Shown piece after piece: positions 49,170 through 64,000 of a stretch of DNA of 64,000 bases. Numbering within the stretch: position 1 is the first letter of the stretch; each line of letters starts with the position of its first letter. Location: positions 1 through 64,000 of the forward strand of contig NW_021833803.1 of NCBI RefSeq assembly GCF_006345805.1, given 5' to 3'. The notes under the pieces are model-generated. The model was not told the DNA's origin and did not search any database. It saw only the letters and a program-made list of their open reading frames with translations. This stretch comes from Octopus sinensis. Taxonomy: Eukaryota. The translations under genes were made by a program, and so were the position numbers.

Positions 49170-49760
49170 TACCTAGTGTCCCCAAAGGTAGGGTGGTTTT
49201 TTGATATTAACATAAAATTAACGTTTTTTAGTTTAAAACAAAAAAGATGTTTATTTTTAATTTCATTTAACGATTTTAGTCTTTAATTGAAAAATAGTCC
49301 GTTATTTTCTCTTTGCATTTGTACTTTTGAATTAATCGATCCATCGTTAACTTTTTAAAGATATAAAATACGCTTAATATCTCTGAAGCAAACTGAAAAA
49401 TGCCATCTTCCAGCGCATTAATTGTAGAAACTAGTTTCTTAGCTGATTGGCATTTTACAGCTCCGTCATATAATGCGTCGTCATTTTCTATACCAGAGAT
49501 TTCTTTCTACATTTATTTGATTAAATTTTTTTGAACATCATCTGTACGTTGCTCATTAATTTTATTCCACTAATTTTCACCAGAAATTGTTTTAAAAAAA
49601 GTTGATGCCGTTTCTTAAAACGAACAAGTCATCGATTGGAAGCTTTAAATTTTGGTAAATTTAAAATTTGAGCTCCTTTTAGTGTGTAGATTGTAATAAT
49701 GGTCCGGTAACTAATAAATTATAATTTTTCAATCTATATAAATTTAGACATGTTTAATTA
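49170..49760 (-). pseudogene. Decayed pogo/Tigger copy with the same DDE-less layout as 39412-40170
   Basis: KFKASNR*LVRFKKRHQLFFKTISGEN closely followed by LYDG..VSTINALEDGIF. Confidence 0.6.
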
Positions 49761-49789
49761 TTACTTTTGAAATAAAGTAAAAACAACCT

Positions 49790-50400
49790 TGTCAAGAAAT
49801 AAATGTTTATCACTATTATCGGGCTCTCTGAAGGGCTCAGAACCTTCACATCCATCAAAATTGTATATTTCTCACTTGATTCTAGAAATAGTCCCTTTGC
49901 TTGTTTTGTACATTTTTGAACAGTTATTAGTCCAATGTTTTCTTCAACAATTTTCTCAAGACATCGTAATCAATATTATTTTTGTGTTAAGTACGTTTGA
50001 TTATTGTCTAAAATGGATGGAAGATGAGTTGATAAATCTTTTTCACTCCTGCTTTCAAAATGCATTTTCAATAGGATTAAGCATATGAGTATATGGTGTC
50101 AATCGAAAAATTCGATGCATTGTCAACTCTTTTTCACAAAGGATTTCTTCCAGTTATGAATGGCATTTGGCATTGTCAATTATAACTACGACCCCGGAGT
50201 TGTTAATTTCATAGGCTTTGCGAAGACAGTTCCTGACAAACTCTTTTGCACCATCAGACCTGAGAGAGCCTCATTGTATTTCATAATTAAAAAGCCCATG
50301 CACTGAATAGCTCAAATTACATAGATATGTGGACCCTTTGAAGTCGCTGCAATAGACGATGCACGTAATCCAACTTTCGATCAATCTTTTGAGTAATTAA
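49790..50400 (-). pseudogene. Decayed IS630/Tc1-type DDE transposase remnant
   Basis: VVIIDNAKCHS and YTHMLNPIENAF in broken frames. Confidence 0.55.
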
Positions 50401-50729
50401 TTAATTTACTTTTTGAACTAAGTTGTACTGGTATAGAAAGGTAAAAAAACCACTGCTCTTAATTGAATGAATAATGATAAAAATAGTTTTTTATTTGTTT
50501 AAATTAATTTTTTCCAAATATTCATTCAAAATAAGACTGTGGAACTAAATAGCCTTGTGATTTTATAGCCAAAGTTACCGAGATCAGATTCAAGCTGATT
50601 TTCTTCCCAAGGTTTTTAATTTATTTGTTTCTTTTTAATATTTGTGTAGTTTTATTATTTTTTTTACTTTTTTGAAGATAATAAAGAAATATTCAAATTT
50701 TTTAACGTGTATATTGTTGTGATTTAAGA

Positions 50730-51264
50730 ATGTCATCTGAAGATTCTGACGATACATGTAAAGCACCAATAGAATATGACTGCAGTATTATTACTCAAGA
50801 AATTCTCTCAAAAGAAGAGGACTTAATGACAGAATTAAAAAATATCAAAAGTAAAAAACGCTCAAATAGCTCCCGAATTGATTCATATAAAGAACGGAAA
50901 GAAACGCCATTTATAAAGCAAAAAAAACATATTCGGTTATCATCAGATGTAATTGGCTGCATCGTGAATAAACCAGATGAAATTTATAAGGGGAATATTC
51001 AAAAAAGTAAAAACAACGTTTCCTCTCCTGAGAAGTCCTGGTATTTAATTCGACTAAACATTAAGCTCCTCTTTTGCCTTAGACAATGTGACGACTTTAG
51101 TCCATATGGATGATTATTTAAGTAAATTGACCAAAAAAGGAAATATAAGTTTAAGGGATCAGAGACTTTATCATAGCAATACTCGCAGAATATCTTGTTT
51201 GTTAAATTTTTACATTTTAGCTCAAGCATCTATGGATTTTCGCTCAAAAAGACGATTTCTTTGA
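50730..51264 (+). CDS. Hypothetical K/S-rich protein gene with at least one 25-nt intron
   Basis: ORF 50730-51113 is extended in frame by removing GTATTTAATTCGACTAAACATTAAG; no family recognised. Confidence 0.4.
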
Positions 51265-51691
51265 CGTTTTTTATTTGGTTTTAATAATTTTTATGCATTG
51301 ATTATTAAATATAGAATTTTAAGATTTGCTGAAAAAAGACAGAAGTCTTGTGATTATCAAATTGAACTCAGTCAACCTTTTTGAAGGCATTAATGTCCTT
51401 ATATAACAATTACATCGAGCTGTGAAATTATGAACTGTATTGCGTCTTGCCAGTGGGCGTTGGAAGGAATAATTCTCTCCAATGTTAAGGACTGTTATAA
51501 CGCTTACCATTTGGATAAACAATCGGATGCTCAACAGTGATTACTTGTTAAGACATAAGCTAGTCGTTAGGTGACGCAGATTTATTTTTGTAAAAAATAT
51601 TATGTCGCGAGCGACCGAGCGCAGCGAGCGACCACTCAATTTCTAGATCCGATCAATCAAAAAATCTATAAATTGACAAATACCCAGGCTT

Positions 51692-54600
51692 AAGAATAGG
51701 AATAGGAAGTTTTATTGGAAACAGAGAAGGGTTAAAGGTTAGGGGGGAGTTTGTATAATGAAACAATAGGACTACCCTATCGACTTCTTCCCAGAAAAAA
51801 AAAGAGACCCCCTCAAGTAAATTTTTTTTTTTTTTTTTTTTCTTTTCTACCTCTGCAGGTACGTCCCAGTGACAATTGAGTTGGATTTATAACCACTTAT
51901 AGCTTTTTCGACAGTTTCACCGACCATGGAGGATTTACTTTCAAGCCACAGGGGGATTGGATCTTCAATTTTTGGTGGTAAGCAAGCTTCAAAGCGAGCC
52001 TGCGAGACTTTTCAAATTTAGTTAAGATGGTGTCCTTCTTTTTAGAGAAGTACCATCCCTCTTTTCCGTATAGTAGTCCCGGTAGGATCACCGTATTGAA
52101 AACGTAGAGGAAAGTATCAGGCTCCAAATTTAACTTTCTCAGGCAGAACAGAGCATTAGTTGCTTTCCTTTTACTTAATTTTGCGTTTTCGAGATAGTTT
52201 CCCTTTTCATCGATGAACAAGCCAAGATATTTAATTGAGTTTTGTCGAGGTATGTTCTTGATCAGGCACGGTAAATTTATTAAATTTCTGCTTTCTGTGA
52301 TTCTCAGTAATGCGGACTTCTCACGCGCAATAATGAACATATTTTCATCGCACCATTGCTCCACTGTATTCATATATGATATAATCCTTTGTTCGGATAA
52401 GGCAGGTTTCGATGAAATGTCAAGGATTACAACATCATCGGCGTATATCAAAATTTCCGTCCGTGTGTTGACAGGAGACGGCAGATTGCTCATCACAATG
52501 TTGAATAATAGAGGACTGAGGACTGATCCTTGAGGGACGCCTCTTTTAAGTTTCAGTTCATCCGAGTCATAGTTCAGAAAGCTTATCACAGAGCGCCTGT
52601 CGCGGAGGAAGTCTTTTAGCCATAGGAATAGTCCTTTGTCTATGTGACACTTCGCCAGATGTCTAAGGAGACCGAGGTGCCAAACCATATCAAAGGCTTT
52701 TGAGATGTCTAGAGACACAATTGTCAGACACTCTTTGAAATCCAGAGCCTTTACAATCGACGAATTGAGTGTATAAAGACAGTCAGCACAGGAACGACCC
52801 CTCCGAAAGCCCCACTGCACGTCTTTGAGATAACCATTTCTCTCGACGTGTTCAGAGAGTCGTTCAAACATTACCCTTTCCATTATTCGACTGATGGTAG
52901 GAATTAGGCTTATAGGCCTATAACTTGTCGCCAAGTAACCAGGTTTTCCAGGCTTCCGTATCATCCTTACCTCCGTCAGTTTCCATGAAGAAGGGACGTA
53001 TCCCAAGCTCACACTGCGGGAGAAGAGACATCCCAAATATTCGTAAAGTTGCTTGGGAGCTTCTTTGAACATGCGCATGGTTATCTTGTCCTTTCCCGGA
53101 GCGTTATTTTTGGAGTATCTAACTGCATTTTCCACGTCTTTGCACGTTATAGATTCCGAGCACATTGGTAATGAGCTAAGATTGTCTTCCAACTCTTTTT
53201 CCATATCAAACAAAGCTGAATCAGATAGATTTGTATCCGGATTGACTTCTTGTATTCTTTTGAGACTATCAGCAAATATGTTCGGGATTTCTTCATGAGA
53301 TGCAGGGGATCCATCTTGTTTTAGCAGTTTAGGTATAGTTTTCTCAGACGTCGAGGTTAATTTCGAGTAGACCTTCCAAAAATTTGGACTTCCTTTATGT
53401 AGCTTTTTGCACTCAGTATTCCATTTTTTATCCTTCGCCACCTTCGCCGATTTTCTTATTTCTTCCGTAATGGTGAAGATTTCACTTTCCAAAAACCGGT
53501 CACGAAAATCTGCGCAGCGCCGGAGTTTGTTCCTTAGACATTGTTTTTTCCTTAGTAGGATTTCAACATTCATGTTTGGCATGTGAGTTTTCCTATTGTT
53601 TGAGACGATTTTTGTAGAATATGTTTCCAGATAAGACTTTATGTATCCAATAAGGGAATTGCTAGACTTCTCGAGGTCCTCAGATGAAGAATTATCGTCA
53701 AGTTTAGGAGCGAAATTGCTCAGATAAAGTGTAAAACATTTTCGGTAGTGTTCCCAGTTTATAGTCGAGAGGTTATATCGTATAAAAGTTGGTTTACCCT
53801 TTAAAGGTCCAAGGTTGAGTTTGTATAAAATTGGTAGATGGTCACTTCCAATATCATTTAAGGTGTACGGTTGTTCCATAAATTGAAGAGTAGACATAGA
53901 GACCAATGCTACGCCCAAATAGTCCCACCCTCCTGGTGAGTAATGATTTGGGGTTTTTGATGTGATGACCGAGAAACTGAGAGATTCTGAAAGCTTCTTA
54001 AGAATGATGCCATCCCTGTTGGTTCTCAGACAGCCAAAAGATGTGCATTTGGCATTTAGATCCCCGAGGAGTATTGACAAATGATTGTGTTTATCGGCAA
54101 AAAAGTCCTTGATAAGCGATGAATAATTGGAAAGGGATTTTGAGTACATCCCTCCGATTGTTACCCACCCTTTTTCCAGAAGGACGTCGATTGTGAGGAA
54201 TTCACACAATTCCTCGGACACAATTTTTAGATTTTTCACCCTTAGAGTTGATTTGTAGTAGATAGAAGTGCCTGTTCCAGCGATCGAGCCCGGCTTCCAC
54301 TTAATATCAAGGGAACGATAGCCATCCAAGTAGTAATCATCATGTTTTTTGATTTTTGTTTCGTTTACGATCAAAAGGTCCACGGGGTTATGGGATAACA
54401 TATCCTCAATCTCTGAACGCCTTCTCTTTAGAGAACGTGCGTTCACAGCGATAATAGACAGAAAGGGGCTCACGCCTGATCAATCCTTTCCCTTCCAAGA
54501 GAAAGGGACAACAGATTGTTGATATCGAGGCCTTTTTCATCGCATATAGCGATTATTTTGCGAATCATAGAGGTAAGCTCAACGTCGATAGTTGGTGCTT

Positions 54601-55526
54601 TCCTCTTAAAGCGGGTTGGAGGCTCTGTGTGTTGTGTATTGGGAGGCAAAGTTGCGTCTTCACTAACATCTGTTTGCGTTGAGGAGTCAAAACAGCGGGA
54701 AATTGTGGGTTTTCGCCATACAGATTCAACGGCCTCCGCTTTTGACCATACAGTTTTTGAGTGTTCTGCTTTGGCCAGTCTGTCCCTGGCACTGAGCTGC
54801 TTTTTAGTTGTTCAGTGGCTGCCTTAGCTGAAGAGCAGCCACCGTAGCAAGCCAAATGCCCACTCAGACCGCAGTTTATACATTTTTTCTCAGTTTTTCC
54901 TTTAATCGGGCACATTTTCATATTATGATCACCACCACAGAAAAGACATCTTTCACTTCTTTGCAGAAGTTAGCAATGTGACCAAATTGTTGGCAGCGAA
55001 AGCATCTTGTTGCTGGGTTTTTAAACCATTCGCATCGTTTTTTGAAATCCCACTTCGATTCCCATCCTTACAAGCGAAGTGGCTTCTGCCCTCGAATTCA
55101 GACTCAACTTTCCAACAGGTATACTCCGTCCATTTTTGTAGAACCGTTGGAAAGTAAAACCGGGGTTGAGAATTTCTTTGAGGTAAAGATCCAGGTCTTC
55201 CTCGGAGACCCAAGATGGTATTCCCTTCAAGACTACGGTCGATGGTTGCAGACTGCACGCAGAAATATAATGGCCGTCCTGGCCAAATGGTTTGTTATAC
55301 TCGAAGTCATTCACAAACGAGTCCCTATCACTAGAATTTGAGAATTCGAGGGTAAAGTCCCCAGACTTCCTGGCAGTAATTCGGGCCTTCTGTGCAGTCT
55401 CGGATTTGGTTAGAATATTAAAGGACTTTATTCGTCCAATCGCATAATTTTTTATCTGCAGCGAGAGGACAAGAGACTCAGTACAGTTTGGATTGTTCAA
55501 AGAGACTTGAGAGGAGTGTGACCCCT
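51692..55526 (-). mobile_element. Near-complete Jockey/I-like LINE (ORF1 plus ORF2), 5'-truncated at a Helitron junction
   Basis: ORF1 with three Cys/His knuckles (CFRCQQFGHIANFC, CLFCGGDHNMKMC, CINCGLSGH) and two homopolymer frameshifts; 3' AATAAA plus (TTCCTA)n tail. Confidence 0.92.
51897..54473 (-). CDS. LINE ORF2: APE endonuclease plus reverse transcriptase, 858 aa, GTG start
   Basis: NARSL, NET, LLGDLNAK, GSDHLPI; YRPISL, KAFDMVWH, GVPQGSVLSP, IYADD. Confidence 0.92.
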   Translation of the reverse strand: MSPFLSIIAVNARSLKRRRSEIEDMLSHNPVDLLIVNETKIKKHDDYYLDGYRSLDIKWKPGSIAGTGTSIYYKSTLRVKNLKIVSEELCEFLTIDVLLEKGWVTIGGMYSKSLSNYSSLIKDFFADKHNHLSILLGDLNAKCTSFGCLRTNRDGIILKKLSESLSFSVITSKTPNHYSPGGWDYLGVALVSMSTLQFMEQPYTLNDIGSDHLPILYKLNLGPLKGKPTFIRYNLSTINWEHYRKCFTLYLSNFAPKLDDNSSSEDLEKSSNSLIGYIKSYLETYSTKIVSNNRKTHMPNMNVEILLRKKQCLRNKLRRCADFRDRFLESEIFTITEEIRKSAKVAKDKKWNTECKKLHKGSPNFWKVYSKLTSTSEKTIPKLLKQDGSPASHEEIPNIFADSLKRIQEVNPDTNLSDSALFDMEKELEDNLSSLPMCSESITCKDVENAVRYSKNNAPGKDKITMRMFKEAPKQLYEYLGCLFSRSVSLGYVPSSWKLTEVRMIRKPGKPGYLATSYRPISLIPTISRIMERVMFERLSEHVERNGYLKDVQWGFRRGRSCADCLYTLNSSIVKALDFKECLTIVSLDISKAFDMVWHLGLLRHLAKCHIDKGLFLWLKDFLRDRRSVISFLNYDSDELKLKRGVPQGSVLSPLLFNIVMSNLPSPVNTRTEILIYADDVVILDISSKPALSEQRIISYMNTVEQWCDENMFIIAREKSALLRITESRNLINLPCLIKNIPRQNSIKYLGLFIDEKGNYLENAKLSKRKATNALFCLRKLNLEPDTFLYVFNTVILPGLLYGKEGWYFSKKKDTILTKFEKSRRLALKLAYHQKLKIQSPCGLKVNPPWSVKLSKKL

Positions 55527-56835
55527 CCTCTGTGATTGCACATTCTGTCAAAGTCAAATATGATAATAGCTTTAATTTTGATTCATGGTCGATAATGATA
55601 TATGCATTTAATTTTAAAGAGAAAAACATAGGATGAATTGAATTTTCTTTATCGCGAATAATTGGGAGTTCATCATTGTTAATATTCTCGCTGTCGTTTT
55701 CATCAAGGATATTCTTAATACGTGAGATTTTTGCCTTGAAGGTTTTAATGGACCTCATCATGAATGTCGAGGACATTCGCGTTGTTCATTTAATCAAAAT
55801 GCAGAAAATAATTTTTTGATTTTTTGGGGGGAAGGTTTTAAGGACTTCATCATGTAAGTCGAGGACATTGTAGTTGTTCATTTTAACCAAAATGCAGAAA
55901 ATTTTTTTTTAATTTTTTTTGGAGGGAAGGTTTTAAGGACTTCATCATGTAAGTCGAGGACATTGTAGTTGTTCATTTTAACCAAAATGCAGAAAATTTT
56001 TTTTTTTTTTTTGGGGGGGAAGGTTTTAAGGACTTCATCATGTAAGTCGAGGACATTGTAGTTGTTCATTTTAACCAAAATGCAGAAAATTTTTTTTTAA
56101 TTTTTTTTGGGGGGGAAGGTTTTAAGGACTTCATCATGTAAGTCGAGGACATTGTAGTTGTTCATTTTAACCAAAATGCAGAAAATTTTTTTTAATTTTT
56201 TTTGGGGGGGAAGGTTTTAAGGACTTCATCATGTAAGTCGAGGACATTGTAGTTGTTTATTTTAACCAAAATGCAGAAATTTTTTTTAATTTTTTTGGGG
56301 GGGAAGGTTTTAAGGACTTCATCATGTAAGTCGAGGACATTGTAGTTGTTCATTTTAACCAAAATGCAGAAAATTTTTTTTAATTTTTTTGGGGGGGAAG
56401 GTTTTAAGGACTTCATCATGTAAGTCGAGGACATGTAGTTGTTCATTTTAACCAAAATGCAGAAAATTTTTTTTTAATTTTTTTGGGGGGGAAGGTTTTA
56501 AGGACTTCATCATGTAAGTCGAGGACATTGTAGTTGTTCATTTTAACCAAAATGCAGAAAATTTTTTTTTAATTTTTTTTGGGGGGAAGGTTTTAGGACT
56601 TCATCATGTAAGTCGAGGACATTGTAGTGTTCATTTTAACCAAAATGCAGAAAATTTTTTTTTTATTTTTTTGGGGGGAAGGTTTTAAGGACCTCATCAT
56701 GTAAGTCGAGGACATCGTATTGCCAATTTGAAGTTGGTGTGCACACACAGACAGACAGACAGACAGACACACAGACAGACACACAGACAGACAGACAGAC
56801 AGACAGACACACACCATACCATTTTATTATTAAGA
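55527..56835 (-). mobile_element. Helitron derivative 3, 5' part only
   Basis: A|TCTTAATAATAAAATGGTATGG 5' end, (CTGT)n and internal sequence matching 28030-28300; no matching 3' end found. Confidence 0.85.
55737..56718. repeat. Tandem array, about 10-11 units of ~93 bp
   Basis: Same unit as 28215 but with array-specific GACTTC and ACATTG; the last unit has GACCTC and ACATCG. Confidence 0.95.
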
Positions 56836-56897
56836 TTCATCGGAGCATTATACGTAGTCTCTGTAGCAGACATCTTTTTTAATAAAGTGCTATTATA

Positions 56898-57199
56898 CAG
56901 CGATACAAATAAAAAACGGAACACTCATTTTCTCGATTTTTTTCTATTGAATGATTGATTTATTTTAACAAAAATAGAATTTTTAGAAGACAAACATAAC
57001 TTTAGCCTTTAAAAAAATAAAAACAACTTATATTTCGGACCGTAATTAAATCCAGTTTTGTCCAAACAAAATAAAAAAGAGAACAAAATAAAATTCTCTA
57101 TTTTTACAGAGTTTTTTAAACCATTTTTTATTTTATTACACGTGTTGATATAGAAAGAAATTGAGAAATTGGCTGTTCCGTTTTTTATTTGTATCGCTG
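56898..57199. mobile_element. Tc1/mariner-type MITE (302 bp)
   Basis: Perfect 25-bp TIR CAGCGATACAAATAAAAAACGGAAC flanked by TA on both sides. Confidence 0.85.
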
Positions 57200-57389
57200 T
57201 AGGTCACAACACGTTACTGTCGACATATTACCTTGAAACACCTTCTTTTGTAAATAAACCCCGCTCAAATAAAAAAATACTCAGTTTTGTATAAAAAGCT
57301 TAAATGTATTATCTCATCATTTCAATTCCATTTACTGTCCCTTAAACAATTTATTACAAAAGGGTTGGAAAGGAAACCTAAAAAATAAA

Positions 57390-58340
57390 AAACGATTGTA
57401 TGCTCATTGATATTCACAAAGCTTTTGACACGGTCTCCCGAAAAATTCTTACGCAAAAAATTTACTCGTTGAATATGGAACCAAATTTAAAACTATGGCT
57501 TGCCAATTTTCTGAATGGATGTCGGGGTAAAGTCTACAAGGGCAATCGAAGATCTGCATCGAAGCTTCTACCGAATGGAGTGCCACAAGGTTCCCCCCTA
57601 TCCCCCGTATTATTCAACCTAATGTTGAATGATATGCCTCTTCCTGAAAACAAGAAGGACATTTTACTAACATATGCGGATAATATAATCGTTGCATCGA
57701 GGGATATATGTGTCAGCGAAGCTACTAAAAGATTACAGAAAAATATAAATAACCTGTATAATGGCTCAATGCCAATCTCCTGAAAGCAAGCCCGGAAAAG
57801 TCTGAGCTAACCTTTTTCACAGCTAACAAAAGACTGGGGAATTTGTCGATAAATGTGACCATGGAAGGGAAATCAATTCCCCAAAATAAAACTCTAAAGA
57901 TACTAGGGATCACCTTTGACACCTTTCTAACCTTTACTCCCCATACGGAAAATGTGTTGATGAAATTCAATAAGAAACTAAACTTTTTTAAAGCATTTCT
58001 TGGAAACTTGGAAGACGCCAAAGGAACTTACGGATTAGAGTGTCTATACATCCAATACATTAAACCGACAATTGGTTACGGATGTACAGTATGGGGAAGC
58101 AATCTAGCATATACAACTGTCAAAAAAATCGACAATATTCAAATGGAGATTGTAAACATTCTAGCTAATGTCACGGGGAACAAAATTCAACCAAAGGGAC
58201 TAGAAGAAATCGTGAAATAAAACGGCGGAGACCTCAGGAAAAAAGTCCATGTTCGGGATCCCCGACCTCTTAGACAATGCGCTGTAGAACACAGAGAAAA
58301 GATGCGAAGGTTTCTAAAAGAGACTGGGATTACCTGAAAT
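57390..58340 (+). mobile_element. 5'-truncated LINE RT fragment (family of 25700-26520)
   Basis: LIDIHKAFDTV, NGVPQGSPLSP, TYADNII, LGITFDTFLTF; frameshifted. Confidence 0.8.
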
Positions 58341-60863
58341 AATTAATTATGGTTATGACTGTGTTTTTGGTCATAATAATAATTTTTATGATAAAATAAA
58401 CTTTTTAAACTAATTTTATTAGTAAAAACAGGTAAAAAAGGTGGCAGACCTCATATGTGAATACGCCATAGTTTTGACAGCTATAATTTTAAATCAGGTT
58501 TAAAAAAATTGGCACCCAATGCGTAAGCAATAAAAAAAGATTTGAAGCGGTGAACTTTGGAGGATGTTGTCCACGGGTAAAATTTGTGGATGAATTTTCA
58601 ATTTATGTTTAATTTATTTTTATTTAATTTTAAATAAAAATAATATTCAAAATTAATACGTGTCATGGAATATGTAAGGAATTTTGGAGAGAATTGTTTC
58701 GGGCAAATCGTAAAGATTTCAATAATATATTTAGGACCACGATGGTCAAAAATTAGCTTATTATATACAGATTATCCTTGTAGTATCAACAACAGTATAT
58801 TTTCCATAAATAAAAATGATATCAATAGGTTGTCAGTTTTTTTGTCGCTTATGTCGCAAATTGTTTTTCTTACTGTTATATTCCAGTTCTAATATCTACT
58901 ACTCTGGCTGCGATTGTATTTTTATTTAATAATTTTGTTACAGATTACATTTCCAAGTTATCCATTCTATAGAAGACACCCCTTGCAGTGGTGCACACTG
59001 GACAAACCAAAGTCAAAAAATAAGAAAAATGCTGGCTTAAAATAAATGAATTTTAACCAATATTTTATCTTTATTTGTTATTTCTGATCAGTCTTTCCCA
59101 TACATTTAGTCTACTTAACTCACGTTCCTACACATTTTTAGTAAATATTAACGAATCGGAGATTAGAATGAGCCTTCAAGAAATGATAGATTATCGCTCA
59201 GGAAGTTTATAGGATTTGATTTGTTTATTTTTGATTTCGATTTATGGAAAGTTCAATTTCTTTTCTCGGACACCGTAAATTTTTGAAATTGAAGTGGAAC
59301 TGTATTTCAGCTACTAAGACAACATATTTAAAGAGGTTGATCATATCTTTGATGGAATTCCAAATTTAGACAAGACGTTGAAACGCTTGATAGTTTTAAT
59401 ATCCACGTTACTTATTCTTAGTTCGATCAATTAAGTGTAATGATTACAAGTAAACTATCTACGGTAAAATAGACAGAATTCGCGTCCATTTTCAACACAG
59501 CAAGCTTTAGAGTTGTATTCTTACTCTTTGTTACAACAAAGATATTTGAGGTTTTAATAGCAGCTCAATAATTTATGTAAATTTGTTTATTTACTTAAAC
59601 TAGTCACACAAAGTTTGTTTCTTAATAAACAAAGAGTAAAAGTCTACCCGACAATCCATTCTTTTGACAACGATGTTGGCTATTATTTTTCAAAGCGTGT
59701 TTGTCAAGACCACATGCCTGAGGTTCTTAATTTACCCTTGATTTTTGCAATTTCTGAATAGATATTGAGAGTCTCTTTTCTAGTGGCACGGGAAATCAAG
59801 TAGTATTTCTTCTGTAGTTATTTCATAGTCTAGTTTCCGCTGTTCTAAAGTAATCGTTAGTTATCTGATTTTAATTTTGTTTCAAAGTGGAATAATAATC
59901 GACTTTTTAGATGCAAAAAATAATATATAGTATATCATTTTTAAAAGTACTTATGAACTTTGTATAAATAAAATTCTTAAAATAATGAAAACTTAAAATT
60001 GAATAGTCAGTATTACAATTTAACCGTAAACATATATTCTAAACTAAATATAAATATCTAGCTTAGTTTCGTCTAACAGAACCCAAGGTTTTTCATTCTT
60101 AATGTTACTAGGTCAGTCTTAATTATTATCATTAATTAACAACTTCCCTGCAAATTGTATCCCCCTGAATTTGGAATGAATAAAAATATTGTTTATTTCA
60201 ACAAATAGTACAAGATTGCTTCTACCAATTGATATCTGCATTATACAATCCTCAAGAGTATTTTTATACACGCAAGTTAATCTATTTGACGGAATTACTG
60301 GAAAATAAAAAAATATTTCGGTTTATAATCCTTATAAGAAATTGAATTTAAGGAATATTGTGGCTAGGTTAACTGCAATAGAGAATGAACTCTTGGCCAA
60401 TCTTGAGACTGTACATGAAGTTTATCTAGTATCTTCAATAAGAAATTACAAACCAAATATTATGAATGAAACAACAGTTAGAATTACATTTCATTCTAAT
60501 AGAACTTAAAAACGTTTTTTGGTTCATTTAACCAATTTTTAAGACAAATATTTGCTCATTGTTCTTAAAAATTAGTGATTTTATTTTTTAAAATTAACCA
60601 CAAAATTCTAAGGAACTAAAAATGGCCAATTTGCGATGGTCAAATGTACTTAGTTATTAAACAGTGGTAATACAATCTTTTTGTAACCAGAAAAGATAAT
60701 ATTTTTATATAAATATAAAAATACATTTATGTAAAGTTTAAATATCTTGCAAAAATAAATAGTTTTAATTAAAAAATACATTGTACCGCTTCGTATTCAT
60801 GTTGCATTTTTTAACTTGATTATTTTTTTCAAATATTAACATTTTGATAGAATTAGTTAACGG

Positions 60864-63701
<2,838 letters not shown>

Positions 63702-64000
63702 ATTCTTCTTTGCATCACAAATATTAATATTTTTAAATAAATTTTATTTGTTTTAATAAGAATAATCAATTTAGTTTAAAGATAATCATGTATTAGATGC
63801 TACAATTTAGTTCCGTGTAATTTATATCGACTTCCATCCCTGTTTTCATTTTTGACTGGTCCATAGCGGGAATTAGGGAGAAATAAGGATTTAAAGGTCT
63901 TAAATATTATTTTTATCATTTAAAGTACCTTTTTTTGTATAATTACTTTTTTATTAATTATATAAACTGCGTATGCAACAATACAAAGGACCGGTGCTAG

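Noticed and set aside
59000-60520. Gene-like DNA upstream of the kinase, including another possible GCATGT donor
   Set aside because: Strand and frame are ambiguous and there are no conserved motifs, so a GC-AG intron cannot be supported here.

Overview
AT-rich, transposon-dense eukaryotic window from a reduced animal-like genome. Nearly all host genes are split by ultra-short spliceosomal introns (mostly 20-41 nt), so the unspliced ORF track badly under-calls them. These introns plus a lophotrochozoan-looking arginine kinase suggest a dicyemid mesozoan or a similarly reduced metazoan parasite (inference). Host genes rebuilt by hand: METTL23, eIF3L, arginine kinase, a TMEM121-like protein, OSGEPL1, an SLK/STK10-type STE20 kinase, an EF-hand-like protein, two paralogous secreted LRR-like genes, tRNA-Val(CAC) and a few hypothetical genes. 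Well over half the window is mobile DNA: CRE-clade, Jockey/I-like, RTE-like and other RLE-type LINEs, Tc1/IS630, pogo/Tigger, hAT-Buster, a Ginger/TDD integrase transposon, MITEs, and three Helitron derivatives each carrying a ~93-bp tandem array. Most notable: (1) the LRR-like paralog pair, with identical introns but many amino-acid-changing exon differences; (2) the Helitron-borne satellite, which may derive from helicase coding sequence; (3) transposase genes carrying host-style 22-30 nt introns; (4) a DDE-less pogo ORF that stays open; (5) GC-AG and apparent GT-TG introns. All family assignments are by-eye motif recognition; no searches were run.
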